From Haloarculaceae archaeon (lineage in GTDB: Archaea; Halobacteriota; Halobacteria; Halobacteriales; Haloarculaceae): DNA of 64,000 bases. The DNA is taken from positions 2,517 through 66,516 of the forward strand of contig JAZKRS010000004.1 in assembly GCA_036626435.1 (NCBI GenBank). The letters are read 5' to 3'. The notes under the pieces were generated by a model that had not been told where the DNA came from, did no database searches, and saw only the letters and a program-made list of their open reading frames with translations. Each line of letters begins with the position of its first letter. The stretch's first letter is position 1. Positions 25,063 through 34,829 of the stretch are shown here, in pieces. Position numbers and translations under genes: made by a program.

Positions 25063-25749
25063 TCATGTAAAATGTTCCGACCGGAGGCTCGCGATCAGTT
25101 CCGACAGCGTCGCCAGGTCGTACTGGCCGGGTGCGGTCGCCTCGGCCGGATCGACCGGCGCGTATCCGATCCGGGAGCCATAGAGCGGCGCGACCGCCCG
25201 GGAGTGGCGACCCGCCTCGCCCATCGCCATCGTCGCGACTCGCCGCCCGTCGACCGTCGCCTCCCACGTGACCCGCAAAAGCCCCAGCACGTCACCCGGC
25301 GACTCCGCGGTGATCGCGAGCTTCCCCACGTCGCCGTACTCGCAGGCCGCCGAGAGCAGCGACGACAGCCGCTCCCGGTCGGGCGTCGTCTCGAAGTCGT
25401 GGACCGAGGCGACGACAGCCACGCCGTGAGCGCGTGCGTGATCGACCACGCGCTCGGCGTCACGGTCCTGGAGGGTCTCGAGTTCCAGATCCACGGCCTC
25501 GACGGCGGGGTGTTCTGTGGCCTCCGCCAGGGCCGACAGCCGCTCGGGTTCGTCCGGCGCCCCGCCGCCCTCCCACTCGACGCGATTCGTCGCGATCAGG
25601 GGTAACGCACCGTCGTATTCGCGGAGCTGTGCGAGCGGATTCGACGCGAGATCCATCCGGAACTCGACGGCGTCGGCGTCTCCGCGGGCGGCCGGCTCGT
25701 CGCCGAGATCGCCCGTCGCGGCCGCGAGGACGAACTCCTCGAAGTCCAT
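25063..25749 (-). CDS. aroD: type I 3-dehydroquinate dehydratase
   Basis: 228 aa. ...AVEFRMDL...PLIATNR...VVASVHDF...KLA...MGE.G..SR... pattern of AroD. Confidence 0.85.
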   Translation of the reverse strand: MDFEEFVLAAATGDLGDEPAARGDADAVEFRMDLASNPLAQLREYDGALPLIATNRVEWEGGGAPDEPERLSALAEATEHPAVEAVDLELETLQDRDAERVVDHARAHGVAVVASVHDFETTPDRERLSSLLSAACEYGDVGKLAITAESPGDVLGLLRVTWEATVDGRRVATMAMGEAGRHSRAVAPLYGSRIGYAPVDPAEATAPGQYDLATLSELIASLRSEHFT

Positions 25750-25786
25750 GGCCGACCTACCGGGGGTCGGGTGAAAAAGCCACCCG

Positions 25787-26749
25787 CTATGCGACCGGGA
25801 TGTCCTGCTCTGCCTCGAGCAGTTCGTGGTACCGGTTGCGGATGGTGACCTCGGAGATGTCGGCGACCTCGCTGACCGCCGCCTGTGTGGTCTTCTCGTT
25901 CGTCAGCAGCGCGGCGGCGTAGACGGCTGCGGCGGCCAGCCCGACCGGCGACTTCCCGGAGTGGACGCCCTGCTCCTTGGCGTTCTGGAGGAGCTGGCGT
26001 GCGCGGCGCTCGGACTCCTCCGAGAGGTCGAGATCCGAGGTGAACCGCGGAACGTAGCTCTCGGGGTCGGCCGGCTTGACCTCCAGGGCGAGCTCCCGGA
26101 CGACGTATCGGTAGGTGCGTGCGATCTCGCTTTTCTCGACGCGAGAGACGTCGGTGATCTCGTCGAGCGACCGCGGGACGCCCGCCTGCCGCGCGGCGGC
26201 GTAGACCGACGCCGTCGAGACGCCCTCGATGGAGCGGCCGGGCAGCAGATCCTCGTCGAGTGCGCGACGGTAGATGACGCTTGCGGTCTCGCGGACGTTC
26301 TCGGGCAGGCCGAGTGCGGAGGCCATGCGATCGATCTCGCCGAGCGCCTGCTTGAGGTTGCGCTCCTTGGAGTCGCGGGTGCGAAAGCGCTCGTTCCACT
26401 TGCGCAACCGCTGCATCTTCTTGCGCTGGTTCGAGGACAGCGAGTTGCCGTACGCGTCCTTGTCCCGCCAGTCGATGTTCGTCGAGAGGCCCTTGTCGTG
26501 CATCATGTTCGTCGTCGGCGCGCCGACGCGGGACTTCTCGTCTTTCTCCTTGGAGTCGAAGGCCCGCCACTCCGGCCCGCGGTCGACTGAGTCCTCCTCG
26601 ACGACGAGGCCACACTCGGTACAGACTGTCTCGCCGTGCTCGTCGTCGGCGACCAGGTGACCGCCACATTCGGGACAGGCCGGCCGTTCCGATTCGTCTG
26701 TTGTCTGTTCTGTCTCTTCCGTACGCGTTCGTGTGTTAGAGTTGCTCAT
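25787..26749 (-). CDS. tfb: transcription initiation factor IIB
   Basis: ATG 26749 (MSNSNTRTRTEE...). Zinc ribbon CPECGG...CTECG plus two cyclin-like repeats. Confidence 0.9.
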   Translation of the reverse strand: MSNSNTRTRTEETEQTTDESERPACPECGGHLVADDEHGETVCTECGLVVEEDSVDRGPEWRAFDSKEKDEKSRVGAPTTNMMHDKGLSTNIDWRDKDAYGNSLSSNQRKKMQRLRKWNERFRTRDSKERNLKQALGEIDRMASALGLPENVRETASVIYRRALDEDLLPGRSIEGVSTASVYAAARQAGVPRSLDEITDVSRVEKSEIARTYRYVVRELALEVKPADPESYVPRFTSDLDLSEESERRARQLLQNAKEQGVHSGKSPVGLAAAAVYAAALLTNEKTTQAAVSEVADISEVTIRNRYHELLEAEQDIPVA

Positions 26750-26942
26750 TGTGGGACGGAAACCGGCCGGGAAGGATGTGGCTGTAAAAATCCCGGGGTT
26801 CGATTGGTGAGAGTACATGCTCCTGAAAATGACTTAAATCTTTCGCTATCCGTAGTACGACGCGCGTCTGACGCCACGGATCGTCCGTTTTTCATCATCG
26901 TTCACCGGGTATTCAAGTGTGTGCTGGTCTCCCACAGGGCCG

Positions 26943-26952
26943 TACTGACGGC
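26943..26952. repeat. solo 10-nt match to the MITE family A left terminus
   Basis: tactgacggc is identical to the first 10 nt of copies A2/A3. No matching right arm lies nearby. Confidence 0.3.
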
Positions 26953-27026
26953 CGACAGGACAGAGGGTCGTGAGGAACCGGACAGCGTCCGGTGACGAAC
27001 GACCCGGACACGGCGGCCACCTCTTC

Positions 27027-27073
27027 AAATACTGGCGGGCGAAAATCCGCAGGATTTTCGTCCGACAGTATCA
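27027..27073. mobile_element. MITE family B, copy B1 (core 27030-27070)
   Basis: tactggcgggcgaaaatccgcaggattttcgtccgacagta is the reverse complement of copy B2 except in the apical loop. Flanks are AAA and TCA. TCA 27071-27073 is the stop of the GT2 gene. Confidence 0.75.
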
Positions 27074-28894
27074 GTCGTGGGCTTCGGCTTCGACGTCCCG
27101 ACTCCGCTGGACGGCGGTCGTCAGCGAGACGTTCAGCCAGGCCATCGACCCGACGCCGCCGACGATGGTGACGGCGTTTTTGACGGCGTGATCGACGATG
27201 GCCGCCGACAGCGCGGTGACCGGCCCGATCGGGGACAGGCCAACCACGAGAAGCGTGAACGCGCCCTCGTAGAGGCCGATCCCGCCGGGCGAGAGCGGAA
27301 TTACCTTCGCGAGGTTGCCGACGCTGACAGCGAAGAAGCCGACCGCGAGCAGGGACGGACCCGACAGAGAGACGTCGAATGCGAGCAGGACGACGATGGC
27401 GGTCACGACGTCGATCGACCAGATGAGGAGGCTGTTGAGACCGACGCGGGCGAAGGCCGACCCGTCTCGAGCCACCATCTGGACGTCACCGGCGAACTGC
27501 TCTATCTTCCCGGCCACGTAGTCGGCGTAGGCGTCGGAGCTCAGCCGACCGAGGACCCTCCGGGCGTAGTTGTGCCGGCTCCGGGCGCTCAGGACGATTG
27601 TGACGACAGCGAGGACGGCGGTGAGACCGACACCGGAGGCGACGAAGACCGCTGTCCGGCCGCTGGCCGCCTCCTCGCTGCTGACGGCGCCCCCGAGCAG
27701 CGCGGCCTGCAGGTCCGCGATCGATCCCGTTGCGACGAGCGCGAGCGTGACCGCACCGGCCAGAAGCGTGATCGTCAACAGGTCGAACACGCGCTCGATC
27801 GCGAGCGACGCGAACCCGGACGTGTAGGGGATCCCGCGGCGGGCCTTGACGACGTACGCGCGCACGGCGTCGCCGGCCCGGGCCGGGAAGACGAGGTTGC
27901 CCGTCTGACTCACGAACACCGCGCCGGTCAGGAAGTCCCAGTGCTCGTGGTACCCGAGCGTCTTCAGGATGTCCCGGTAGCGAAGCCCCCGCAGGGGCCA
28001 CGAGAGGGCGTAGACGGCCGCGCTGAGCGCGACGAGCGCGAGGTCGGCCTCGGACATCCGCGCGAGGACCTCCGCGGGGTCGAGGTACACTGTCATCAAA
28101 AGCAGGGCGGCGACGACGAGCAGAGTCCCGGCCGCGAGGCTCACCCGCCGGGTGATCCGGGGGCTGACCGCCACCTGCCACCAGGTCCGGACGATCTGGC
28201 TGCCCATCCCGAACACGTCCCGCACGATGTCGACCTTCGAGTCGCCCTTCGGCGTCCAGTCGACGGGGAACTCACGCACGCGATACCCGGCACGCTGGGC
28301 GCGCACGAGCACCTCCGTGTCCCAGAACCAGTGCTCGTCTTCGACCTCCCCGAGCACGTCGAACAGCGCCTCGCGGTCGAAGGCCTTGAACCCGCACTGG
28401 TGGTCCCGCAGGGACGACCGGAGAAACAGGCGCACGAGCGTGTTGTAGCCGAGGCTCGGAATCCCGCGCTTTGCTGGCCGGTCGGCCCGGCTGTCGGGGA
28501 GCCACCGCGACCCGGTGGCGAAGTCGTACTCGCCCGACCGGACACTCTCGACTAGCTCTTCGAGGTGTCGCATGTCCGTCGCCAGGTCGGTATCGAAGTA
28601 GGCGAGCGTCCCGCCCTCGGCCGCCCGGAAGGCGCGTTCGAGTGCCCCCCCACGGCCCAGGCGCTCCTCGGAGTGGACGTGCCTGACGGCCTCGTGTTCG
28701 GCGGCGAGTTCCGCTGCGATCTCGGGCGTCCGGTCCTCGCAGCCGTCCTCGGCGACGATGATCTCGAAGGAGCCCGCGGGCAGGAACGAGGCCAGCCGCT
28801 CGACGGTCATCTCGACGGTGGCCGGGAGCGTCTCCTCCTCGTTGTACGCGGGGAGGACGACGCTGATCTCGACCTGCCGGCTCATTGTCGTCAC
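27071..28894 (-). CDS. GT2 glycosyltransferase (Dol-P-hexose synthase-like) fused to a multi-TM flippase-like (UPF0104/LPG-synthase TM) domain
   Basis: 607 aa. N-terminal VVLPAYNEE...AEDGCEDRT GT-A fold, then about 8 TM helices. Confidence 0.8.
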   Translation of the reverse strand: MTTMSRQVEISVVLPAYNEEETLPATVEMTVERLASFLPAGSFEIIVAEDGCEDRTPEIAAELAAEHEAVRHVHSEERLGRGGALERAFRAAEGGTLAYFDTDLATDMRHLEELVESVRSGEYDFATGSRWLPDSRADRPAKRGIPSLGYNTLVRLFLRSSLRDHQCGFKAFDREALFDVLGEVEDEHWFWDTEVLVRAQRAGYRVREFPVDWTPKGDSKVDIVRDVFGMGSQIVRTWWQVAVSPRITRRVSLAAGTLLVVAALLLMTVYLDPAEVLARMSEADLALVALSAAVYALSWPLRGLRYRDILKTLGYHEHWDFLTGAVFVSQTGNLVFPARAGDAVRAYVVKARRGIPYTSGFASLAIERVFDLLTITLLAGAVTLALVATGSIADLQAALLGGAVSSEEAASGRTAVFVASGVGLTAVLAVVTIVLSARSRHNYARRVLGRLSSDAYADYVAGKIEQFAGDVQMVARDGSAFARVGLNSLLIWSIDVVTAIVVLLAFDVSLSGPSLLAVGFFAVSVGNLAKVIPLSPGGIGLYEGAFTLLVVGLSPIGPVTALSAAIVDHAVKNAVTIVGGVGSMAWLNVSLTTAVQRSRDVEAEAHD

Positions 28895-28933
28895 TCAGCC
28901 TGTCGCCGAGTAAGTACCTTCTGGAACGGGGGC

Positions 28934-29914
28934 TCAGAGCCGGTCGACGACCGCCGCGGTCACGTCCTCGGTCGAGGCCTCCCCGCCGAGGTCGGGGGTG
29001 TGTGGCCCCTCGGCGAGGACGCCCTCGACGGCCGTTCGGACCCGGTCGGCCGCCTCGCCGTAGTCGAGGTGGTCGAGCAGCATCGCTCCAGAGAGGATCG
29101 TCGCGGCCGGGTTCGCGATCCCCTGGCCGGCGATGTCCGGCGCGGAGCCGTGGACTGGTTCGAACATCGCCTTTTCCGCGCCCACGTTCGCGCTCGGGAG
29201 CAGACCGAGGCCGCCGACGAGGCCGGCCGCGAGATCGGAGAGCACGTCGCCCGCGAGATTCGGGCAGATGACGACGCCGTACTCGCCGGGGTTCTGGATG
29301 AGATGCATCGCCAGCGCGTCCATCAGCGCCGTCTCGTAGTCCGCGCCACGCTTTTCGGCGACGGCCTCCGCGGTGTCGAGGAAGAGCCCGTCGGTCTTGC
29401 GCATCACGTTTGCCTTGTGTGCGATGGTGACGTCGTCGTACCCGTTGCGCTTCGCGTACTCGAAGCCGAACTCGGCGATCTCGCGGGAGGCCTCCTCGGT
29501 GATGACTCGCGTCAGAGTGCGCACGCCCTCGGCGATATCCGACTCGATGCCGGAGTAGACGCCCTGGGTGTTCTCCCGGATGAACACGAGGTCGGTGTCG
29601 GGCCTGATCGCATCCAGACCCGGATAGGCCCGGGCCGGACGGACGTTCGCGAAGGAGCCGACGATCGAACGCAGCGGGAGGACGACGTCCGCGGCAGTCT
29701 CGCCGGCAGCGCCGAACAGCGTGGCGTCGGCGGCGGCCACGAGGTCCCGGGTCTCTGCCGGCAGCGGGTCGCCGCGCTCGTCCCTGACGGCGTCGCCGGC
29801 CTCCCCGTAGACGAACTCGAACGCCGGGGAGAGGCTTTCGAGGATCTCGACTGCGGCCGGCGTCACTTCCTGCCCGATCCCGTCGCCGGGGACGACTGCA
29901 ATCTCGTGTGTCAT
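28934..29914 (-). CDS. leuB: 3-isopropylmalate dehydrogenase family (isocitrate/isopropylmalate DH fold)
   Basis: 326 aa. ...[24 protein letters not shown]... signature. It sits at the end of the leu/ilv cluster. Confidence 0.85.
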   Translation of the reverse strand: MTHEIAVVPGDGIGQEVTPAAVEILESLSPAFEFVYGEAGDAVRDERGDPLPAETRDLVAAADATLFGAAGETAADVVLPLRSIVGSFANVRPARAYPGLDAIRPDTDLVFIRENTQGVYSGIESDIAEGVRTLTRVITEEASREIAEFGFEYAKRNGYDDVTIAHKANVMRKTDGLFLDTAEAVAEKRGADYETALMDALAMHLIQNPGEYGVVICPNLAGDVLSDLAAGLVGGLGLLPSANVGAEKAMFEPVHGSAPDIAGQGIANPAATILSGAMLLDHLDYGEAADRVRTAVEGVLAEGPHTPDLGGEASTEDVTAAVVDRL

Positions 29915-30053
29915 GGATCGACCTGTGCGAGCGGGCGCTATGGGGATTTCGATCCGCGCCGGACGGCCCAGAACCGACGACCCGTCGACGCCGGACGGCC
30001 CGCTCCCGTCCAGGATCGACAGGCATTAGCGCCCACCAGCCGACACCCCGAGT

Positions 30054-30458
30054 ATGGACGATATTTTCGTGGCGCGACTGATGTCTCCGGACGTCGTGAC
30101 TGTGACACCGGACACCCTCGTCGAGGAGGCGGCCGAACGGCTGCGCGAGCACATCATCGGCTCGCTCGTCGTGGTCGACGAGGACAACCACCTCCGGGGG
30201 ATCCTCACCAGCACCGACTTCGTGCACATCGTGGCAGAGAGCAACCCGAAGGTGGAGACGACAGTCGAGCGGTACATGACCTCGGAGGTGATCACGGCCG
30301 AGGCACAGGACCCGATCCGCGATGCCGCCGACAAGATGATCACGTACAAGATCCACCACCTGCCGGTCGTCGACGACTCCGAGGGCGTCATCGGGATGCT
30401 CTCGACGGCGGACCTCACGGCCTACATCTCCGAGGTCGAAAAGCCCTCGCCCGCGTGA
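30054..30458 (+). CDS. CBS domain pair protein
   Basis: 134 aa with two CBS repeats (...GSLVVVDEDNHLRGILTSTD..., ...HHLPVVDDSEGVIGMLSTADL...). Confidence 0.85.
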   Translation: MDDIFVARLMSPDVVTVTPDTLVEEAAERLREHIIGSLVVVDEDNHLRGILTSTDFVHIVAESNPKVETTVERYMTSEVITAEAQDPIRDAADKMITYKIHHLPVVDDSEGVIGMLSTADLTAYISEVEKPSPA

Positions 30459-30470
30459 TCGTCGGGCCGG

Positions 30471-30821
30471 TCACCGCTCCCGGAACTGCCGCCACCTGGC
30501 GCGAATCCGTCCAGTCAACGATCGGTCCCCGTACGAGTCGTCGCGTCGCGGGTCAGTGTTGGCGCCGGTGTTTTTGGTCCGCAACGCGTCGAGCAGCGGG
30601 TTCCAGTTGCGCTCCTCCGTCGAGAGGCGTTCGCGCTGTCGCTCCCACTCGTCGTCCGGGGTGAACGTGACGATGACCGACTCGCAGTCCCGGCAGCGAG
30701 CGTACTGATTCTGGCCCGCGTCGACGCCGAGGCGCTCGACCGAATCGTGGGAACACCGCGGCAGGGAGTTGCTCCCCTTCGGCGGGAACACGTACTCGGT
30801 CGGGGCGCTCTCCTCGGCCAT
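30471..30821 (-). CDS. conserved hypothetical protein (CxxC-type Cys pairs)
   Basis: ATG 30821 (MAEESAPTEYVFPPKGSNSLPRCSHDS...ARCRDCESVIVTF...), 116 aa. Confidence 0.55.
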   Translation of the reverse strand: MAEESAPTEYVFPPKGSNSLPRCSHDSVERLGVDAGQNQYARCRDCESVIVTFTPDDEWERQRERLSTEERNWNPLLDALRTKNTGANTDPRRDDSYGDRSLTGRIRARWRQFRER

Positions 30822-30885
30822 ACGACGCACTATGGGTCTCGGTATGAAATAGCCTTCTCCCGCAGGGGGGCCGGACGAGCCAACA

Positions 30886-30898
30886 GCCGCCAGTATCA
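30886..30898. repeat. solo right terminus of MITE family B on the leuD stop codon
   Basis: gccgccagta+TCA compares with the B2 right end cgcccgccagta+TCA. TCA 30896-30898 is the leuD stop. Confidence 0.5.
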
Positions 30899-31501
30899 GT
30901 CGTCCGAGGAGACGTACGGCAGGTCCTCGGCCGTCCGCTCGACCTTGCTCATGTTCGAGTACATCAGCGCCGTCGTGTCCCAGATTCCGTCGACCAGCGC
31001 CTCCTTCATCGCGCGGTCGATCGACCCCTCGATGACCGTGTCGCCGTAGCGGACCGCCTCGCTCTCGACGTCGATCTCGATCTCGCCGTCGGGGTTGTCC
31101 TCGATCCATCCCTGGAGCGCCGACACCTCCTCGTGACCCGCGGTGATCGCCGGAATCCCGAGGGACTTGCAGTTGTCCCGGAAGATCTCGGCGAAGGATT
31201 CGCCGACGACGCCGTCGATCCCCCAGCGCATCATCGCCTGGGGGGCGTGTTCCCGCGAGGAGCCACAGCCAAAGTTCGAGTTGACGACGGCGATGTTCGC
31301 CTCCGTGTAGCGGTTGAGCGGGTGGTCGTTGAGCTCCCCGTCCTCGTCCCGGCGGACGTCATAAAAGAGGTACTCCGCCATGTTGTCGAAGGTGACCTCC
31401 TTCAGGAACCGCGCCGGGAGGATCTGGTCGGTGTCGACGTCGTCGCCCGGGATCGGGACGCCGGAGCCACTGACTTCCGTTATGTGTTGATCGTCCCCCA
31501 T
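30896..31501 (-). CDS. leuD: 3-isopropylmalate dehydratase small subunit
   Basis: 201 aa. GCGSSREHAPQA motif. Confidence 0.9.
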   Translation of the reverse strand: MGDDQHITEVSGSGVPIPGDDVDTDQILPARFLKEVTFDNMAEYLFYDVRRDEDGELNDHPLNRYTEANIAVVNSNFGCGSSREHAPQAMMRWGIDGVVGESFAEIFRDNCKSLGIPAITAGHEEVSALQGWIEDNPDGEIEIDVESEAVRYGDTVIEGSIDRAMKEALVDGIWDTTALMYSNMSKVERTAEDLPYVSSDD

Positions 31502-32964
31502 CAGTCGGCCACCTCCTCGACGTCGGTCGGGGAGACGGCCGGGGTGTCGTCACCCAGGAAGCGTCGGCAGTCCGTGACTTCGCCCTCGACGGCCGCGGCT
31601 GCGACCATCGCCGGGCTCATGAGGACCGTCCGACCCTCCTTCGAGCCCTGGCGGCCGACGAAGTTGCGGTTCGAGGAGGACGCACAGACCTCGTCACCCT
31701 CCAGGGAGTCGTCGTTCATCGCGAGACACATCGAACAGCCGGCACGCCGCCACTGGAAGCCGGCCTCGATGAACGTCTCGTCGATGCCCCGCTGTTCGCA
31801 CTCGGTCCGGACCGTCTCCGAGCCGGGGACGGCCAGCGCGCGCACGCCGTCGTCGACCGTCCGCCCCTCCAGAATCTCGGCGGCGCGCTCGAAGTCGGAG
31901 ACGCGGCCGTTCGTGCAGGTACCGAGGAAAGCGACGTCGACGTCGTAGCCGAGCATGGACTCGCCCGGCGAGAGGCCCATGTGGTCGAGCGCGTCCTGTG
32001 CGGCCTCGCGGTCCGTGCGGGCCGCGAAGTCCTCGGGTGCCGGAACCGGCTCCGAGACCTCGATGACCTGGCCGGGGTTTATCCCCCACGTCACCAGCGG
32101 GTCCATCCCGTCGACGTCGATCGTCACGACGTCGTCGTACTCGGCCTCGGCGCCGGATCTGAGGGAGTCCCAGTACTCCTTGCGCTGTTCGAAGGCCTCG
32201 CCCTCGGGGACGTACTCGCGGCCGCGCAGGTACTCGTAGGTGGTCTCGTCGGGGTTGACGTAGCCCGCGCGTGCGCCGCCCTCGATGGACATGTTGCAGA
32301 TCGCGAGCCGCCCCTCCATGCCGAGTTCGCGGATGGCGGGGCCGCCGTACTCGTAGACGTGGCCGACGCCGCCGTCGACGCCGAGGTCCTGGATGATCTT
32401 CAGGATGATGTCCTTCGCGTAGACGCCGTCACCCAGCGAGCCCTCGACCTCGATGCGCCGCACCTTCTGTTTGTCGGCGGCGATACAGCCCGTCGCGAGG
32501 ATGTCCCGGATCTGTGAGGTGCCGACGCCGACGCCGATCGAGCCGAAGGCGCCGTGGGTGGCGGTGTGAGAGTCGCCACAGGCGACGGTCATCCCGGGCT
32601 GGGAAAGCCCCAGCTCGGGCGCGACGACGTGGGTGATGCCCTGCTTGCCCGACTCGAACCCGAAGAAGGTGATCCCGTTTTCGGAGACGTTGCGCTCCAG
32701 GGCCGAGAGCATCTCCTCGGCCTGGTCGTCGGTCAGCGGGCGCTCGCGCTTCTCTGCCTCCGTCGGCGCGATGTGGTCGGTCGTGGCGAACGTCCGGTCG
32801 GGGAAGGCGACCTCGAGGTCACGTTCCTGGACCATCGCGAAGGCCTGCGGGCTGGTCACCTCGTGGACGAGATGCAACCCGATGAACAGCTGGTCCTGCC
32901 CGTTGGGGAGTTCGGTGACCCTGTGTTTCTCCCAGACCTTGTCGTAGAGTGTACCCTTACTCAT
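31501..32964 (-). CDS. leuC: 3-isopropylmalate dehydratase large subunit
   Basis: 487 aa. VACGDSHTATHGAFG and CSMCLAMN Fe-S ligand motifs. Confidence 0.9.
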   Translation of the reverse strand: MSKGTLYDKVWEKHRVTELPNGQDQLFIGLHLVHEVTSPQAFAMVQERDLEVAFPDRTFATTDHIAPTEAEKRERPLTDDQAEEMLSALERNVSENGITFFGFESGKQGITHVVAPELGLSQPGMTVACGDSHTATHGAFGSIGVGVGTSQIRDILATGCIAADKQKVRRIEVEGSLGDGVYAKDIILKIIQDLGVDGGVGHVYEYGGPAIRELGMEGRLAICNMSIEGGARAGYVNPDETTYEYLRGREYVPEGEAFEQRKEYWDSLRSGAEAEYDDVVTIDVDGMDPLVTWGINPGQVIEVSEPVPAPEDFAARTDREAAQDALDHMGLSPGESMLGYDVDVAFLGTCTNGRVSDFERAAEILEGRTVDDGVRALAVPGSETVRTECEQRGIDETFIEAGFQWRRAGCSMCLAMNDDSLEGDEVCASSSNRNFVGRQGSKEGRTVLMSPAMVAAAAVEGEVTDCRRFLGDDTPAVSPTDVEEVAD

Positions 32965-33185
32965 ACGCTCTCGTCACGCCCTTCCTTCCCCCGCTCGAAG
33001 GTGCGGTTCGTCCCGTCGTTCGGGGAAGTGTGGGGCACGTCCTCCATCTTGTCGGGGTCCTCTTCGTCCTCGGTTGCGTCGCGTTCGCCGCCGTCGGCCG
33101 CGACGATCTGTCCGCGTCGGTACGTCTGCACGAACGGGTCGTCCGTGTAGGGGTTCGTGTGGTCGATGTCTCCCATCTGTGTCAT
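32961..33185 (-). CDS. small acidic conserved protein embedded in the ilv/leu operon
   Basis: ATG 33185 overlaps the ilvC stop (ATGA), and the stop overlaps the leuC start. [28 protein letters not shown]... Confidence 0.6.
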   Translation of the reverse strand: MTQMGDIDHTNPYTDDPFVQTYRRGQIVAADGGERDATEDEEDPDKMEDVPHTSPNDGTNRTFERGKEGRDESV

Positions 33186-34177
33186 TGTTCGTCCTCCCAC
33201 TCGAAGAGATCGCGTAGGCGCTCGCCGACCTCCTCGAGCTGGTGGTTCTGTTCCGCCTCCCGGTACTGCTTGTAGGCCGGGCGGTTGGCCTTGTTCTCAG
33301 AAATCCATTCGCGTGCGAACTCGCCGTTCTGGACGTTCTCCAGAATGTCGTCCATCCCCTCGCGGTCGATTACCTCCTCGCCGCGGGTCAGCCCGCCGTA
33401 CTCGGCGGTATCCGAGACCGAGTTCCACATCTCCATGTGCCCGCCCTCGTACATCAGATCGACGATCAGCTTCAGCTCGTTGAGACACTCGAAGTAGGCC
33501 ATCTCCGGCGAGTAGCCGGCCTCGACGAGCGTCTCGAAGCCGGTCTTGACCATCTCGGTCACGCCGCCACAGAGGACGGCCTGCTCGCCGAACAGGTCGG
33601 TCTCGGTCTCCTCGCGGAACGTCGTCTCGATGACGCCGGCCTTCGTACAGCTGAGAAGCTTCGCGTAGGCCAGCGCCTCCTCCTTGGCCTCGCCTGTGGC
33701 GTCCTGGTAGACCGCGAGCAGGCCGGGCGTGCCCTGGTCGCGCCTGTAGTGTCGACGGAGCAGGTGGCCCGGGGTCTTGGGGGCAATCATCGTCACGTCC
33801 ACGTACTCGGGCGGGTCGATCTGCCCGTAGTGGATGTTGAATCCGTGGGCGAACTGGAGGGTGTCGCCTTCGTCCAGCTGATCCTCGACGTTCCCGTAGA
33901 CGTCCGGCTGGATCGTGTCGGGGATGAGGAAGTTCACGATGTCGGCCTGCGCGGCCGCCTCCCGGGGCGTCGCGACTGCCAGGCCGGCCTCGTGGACGTC
34001 CTCCCGAGAGGAGGAGGACTCGTGCAGGCCGACGACGACGTCGACCCCCTCGTCTGCGAGATTCAGCGCGTGGGCGTGGCCCTGGCTGCCGTAGCCGAGA
34101 ACCGCGACGGTCTTGTCTTCGACGTACGATTCGTCCGCGTCTTCGTCGTAGTAGATCGGTGACGTGAACTCAGTCAT
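33182..34177 (-). CDS. ilvC: ketol-acid reductoisomerase
   Basis: 331 aa. [17 protein letters not shown] Rossmann motif. Confidence 0.95.
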   Translation of the reverse strand: MTEFTSPIYYDEDADESYVEDKTVAVLGYGSQGHAHALNLADEGVDVVVGLHESSSSREDVHEAGLAVATPREAAAQADIVNFLIPDTIQPDVYGNVEDQLDEGDTLQFAHGFNIHYGQIDPPEYVDVTMIAPKTPGHLLRRHYRRDQGTPGLLAVYQDATGEAKEEALAYAKLLSCTKAGVIETTFREETETDLFGEQAVLCGGVTEMVKTGFETLVEAGYSPEMAYFECLNELKLIVDLMYEGGHMEMWNSVSDTAEYGGLTRGEEVIDREGMDDILENVQNGEFAREWISENKANRPAYKQYREAEQNHQLEEVGERLRDLFEWEDEQ

Positions 34178-34829
34178 CTGTAGCCTCCCGTGTCTGGACC
34201 TGTGCGTCGGTCGGTGCCTTGTTGGGATGTGAAACCCTGGCGGTCGGCGCCTCGCCGCGGGCCAGCGCGGCGTAGCCGGTTCGTGCGAGTTCGCGGATGC
34301 CGAACTGCTCGTAGGCGTCGATCGCGTCGTCGATCTTCTGTTCGTCCCCCGTGATCTGGACCGTGATCGAACGCGGTCCGGCGTCGAGCGTCTCGCCGTC
34401 GTACATGTCGGTGATGGCGTTGACCTTGTCCGGGTCCTCGCCGTTCACCTTCACGATGATCAGCTCGCGCTGGACGGCGTCGTCATCGAGTTCCCGCACC
34501 GAGACGACCGGGACGAGCTTCTCCAGTTGCTTTTTCGCCTGGTCGATGCCCGGCCTCGGCTCCTCGATGACGATGGTCATCCGGGCCAGCCGATCGTCGA
34601 CGGTCTGGCCGACGGTCAGGGTCTCGATGTTGAACTGCCGGCGGCTGAACAGGGCGGATACCTCCGCCAGCACGCCCGGCTCGTGTTTCACGAGCGCCGA
34701 GAGGACCGTCCGCTCGGGCGGGTGTTCGGCCTCGGCCTCGGGGTCGATCCGGATACCCTGCGAGTTGCGCCGGCCCTCGGGGTGCATCCTGTCGAAGGGT
34801 CCGGGACCGGGGAGTTCTCCCTGCGTCAT
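34170..34829 (-). CDS. ilvN: acetolactate synthase small (regulatory) subunit
   Basis: 219 aa. ACT domain ...[32 protein letters not shown]... Confidence 0.9.
   Translation of the reverse strand: MTQGELPGPGPFDRMHPEGRRNSQGIRIDPEAEAEHPPERTVLSALVKHEPGVLAEVSALFSRRQFNIETLTVGQTVDDRLARMTIVIEEPRPGIDQAKKQLEKLVPVVSVRELDDDAVQRELIIVKVNGEDPDKVNAITDMYDGETLDAGPRSITVQITGDEQKIDDAIDAYEQFGIRELARTGYAALARGEAPTARVSHPNKAPTDAQVQTREATDD

Noticed and set aside
26786-26800. tRNA T-arm-like string ggggttcgattgg upstream of tfb
   Set aside because: No acceptor, D or anticodon arm can be built around it.
26846-27028. 60-aa minus-strand ORF in the tfb upstream region
   Set aside because: It starts inside MITE B1 and has an Arg/Pro-rich N-terminus and no motif. 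The region is more likely promoter or leader sequence plus MITE debris.
28272-30359. 695-aa minus-strand ORF spanning the GT2 5' end, leuB and the CBS gene region
   Set aside because: Extremely Arg/Pro/Gly-rich with no motifs. It overlaps well-supported genes in other frames. This is the typical stop-codon-poor artefact of high-GC DNA.
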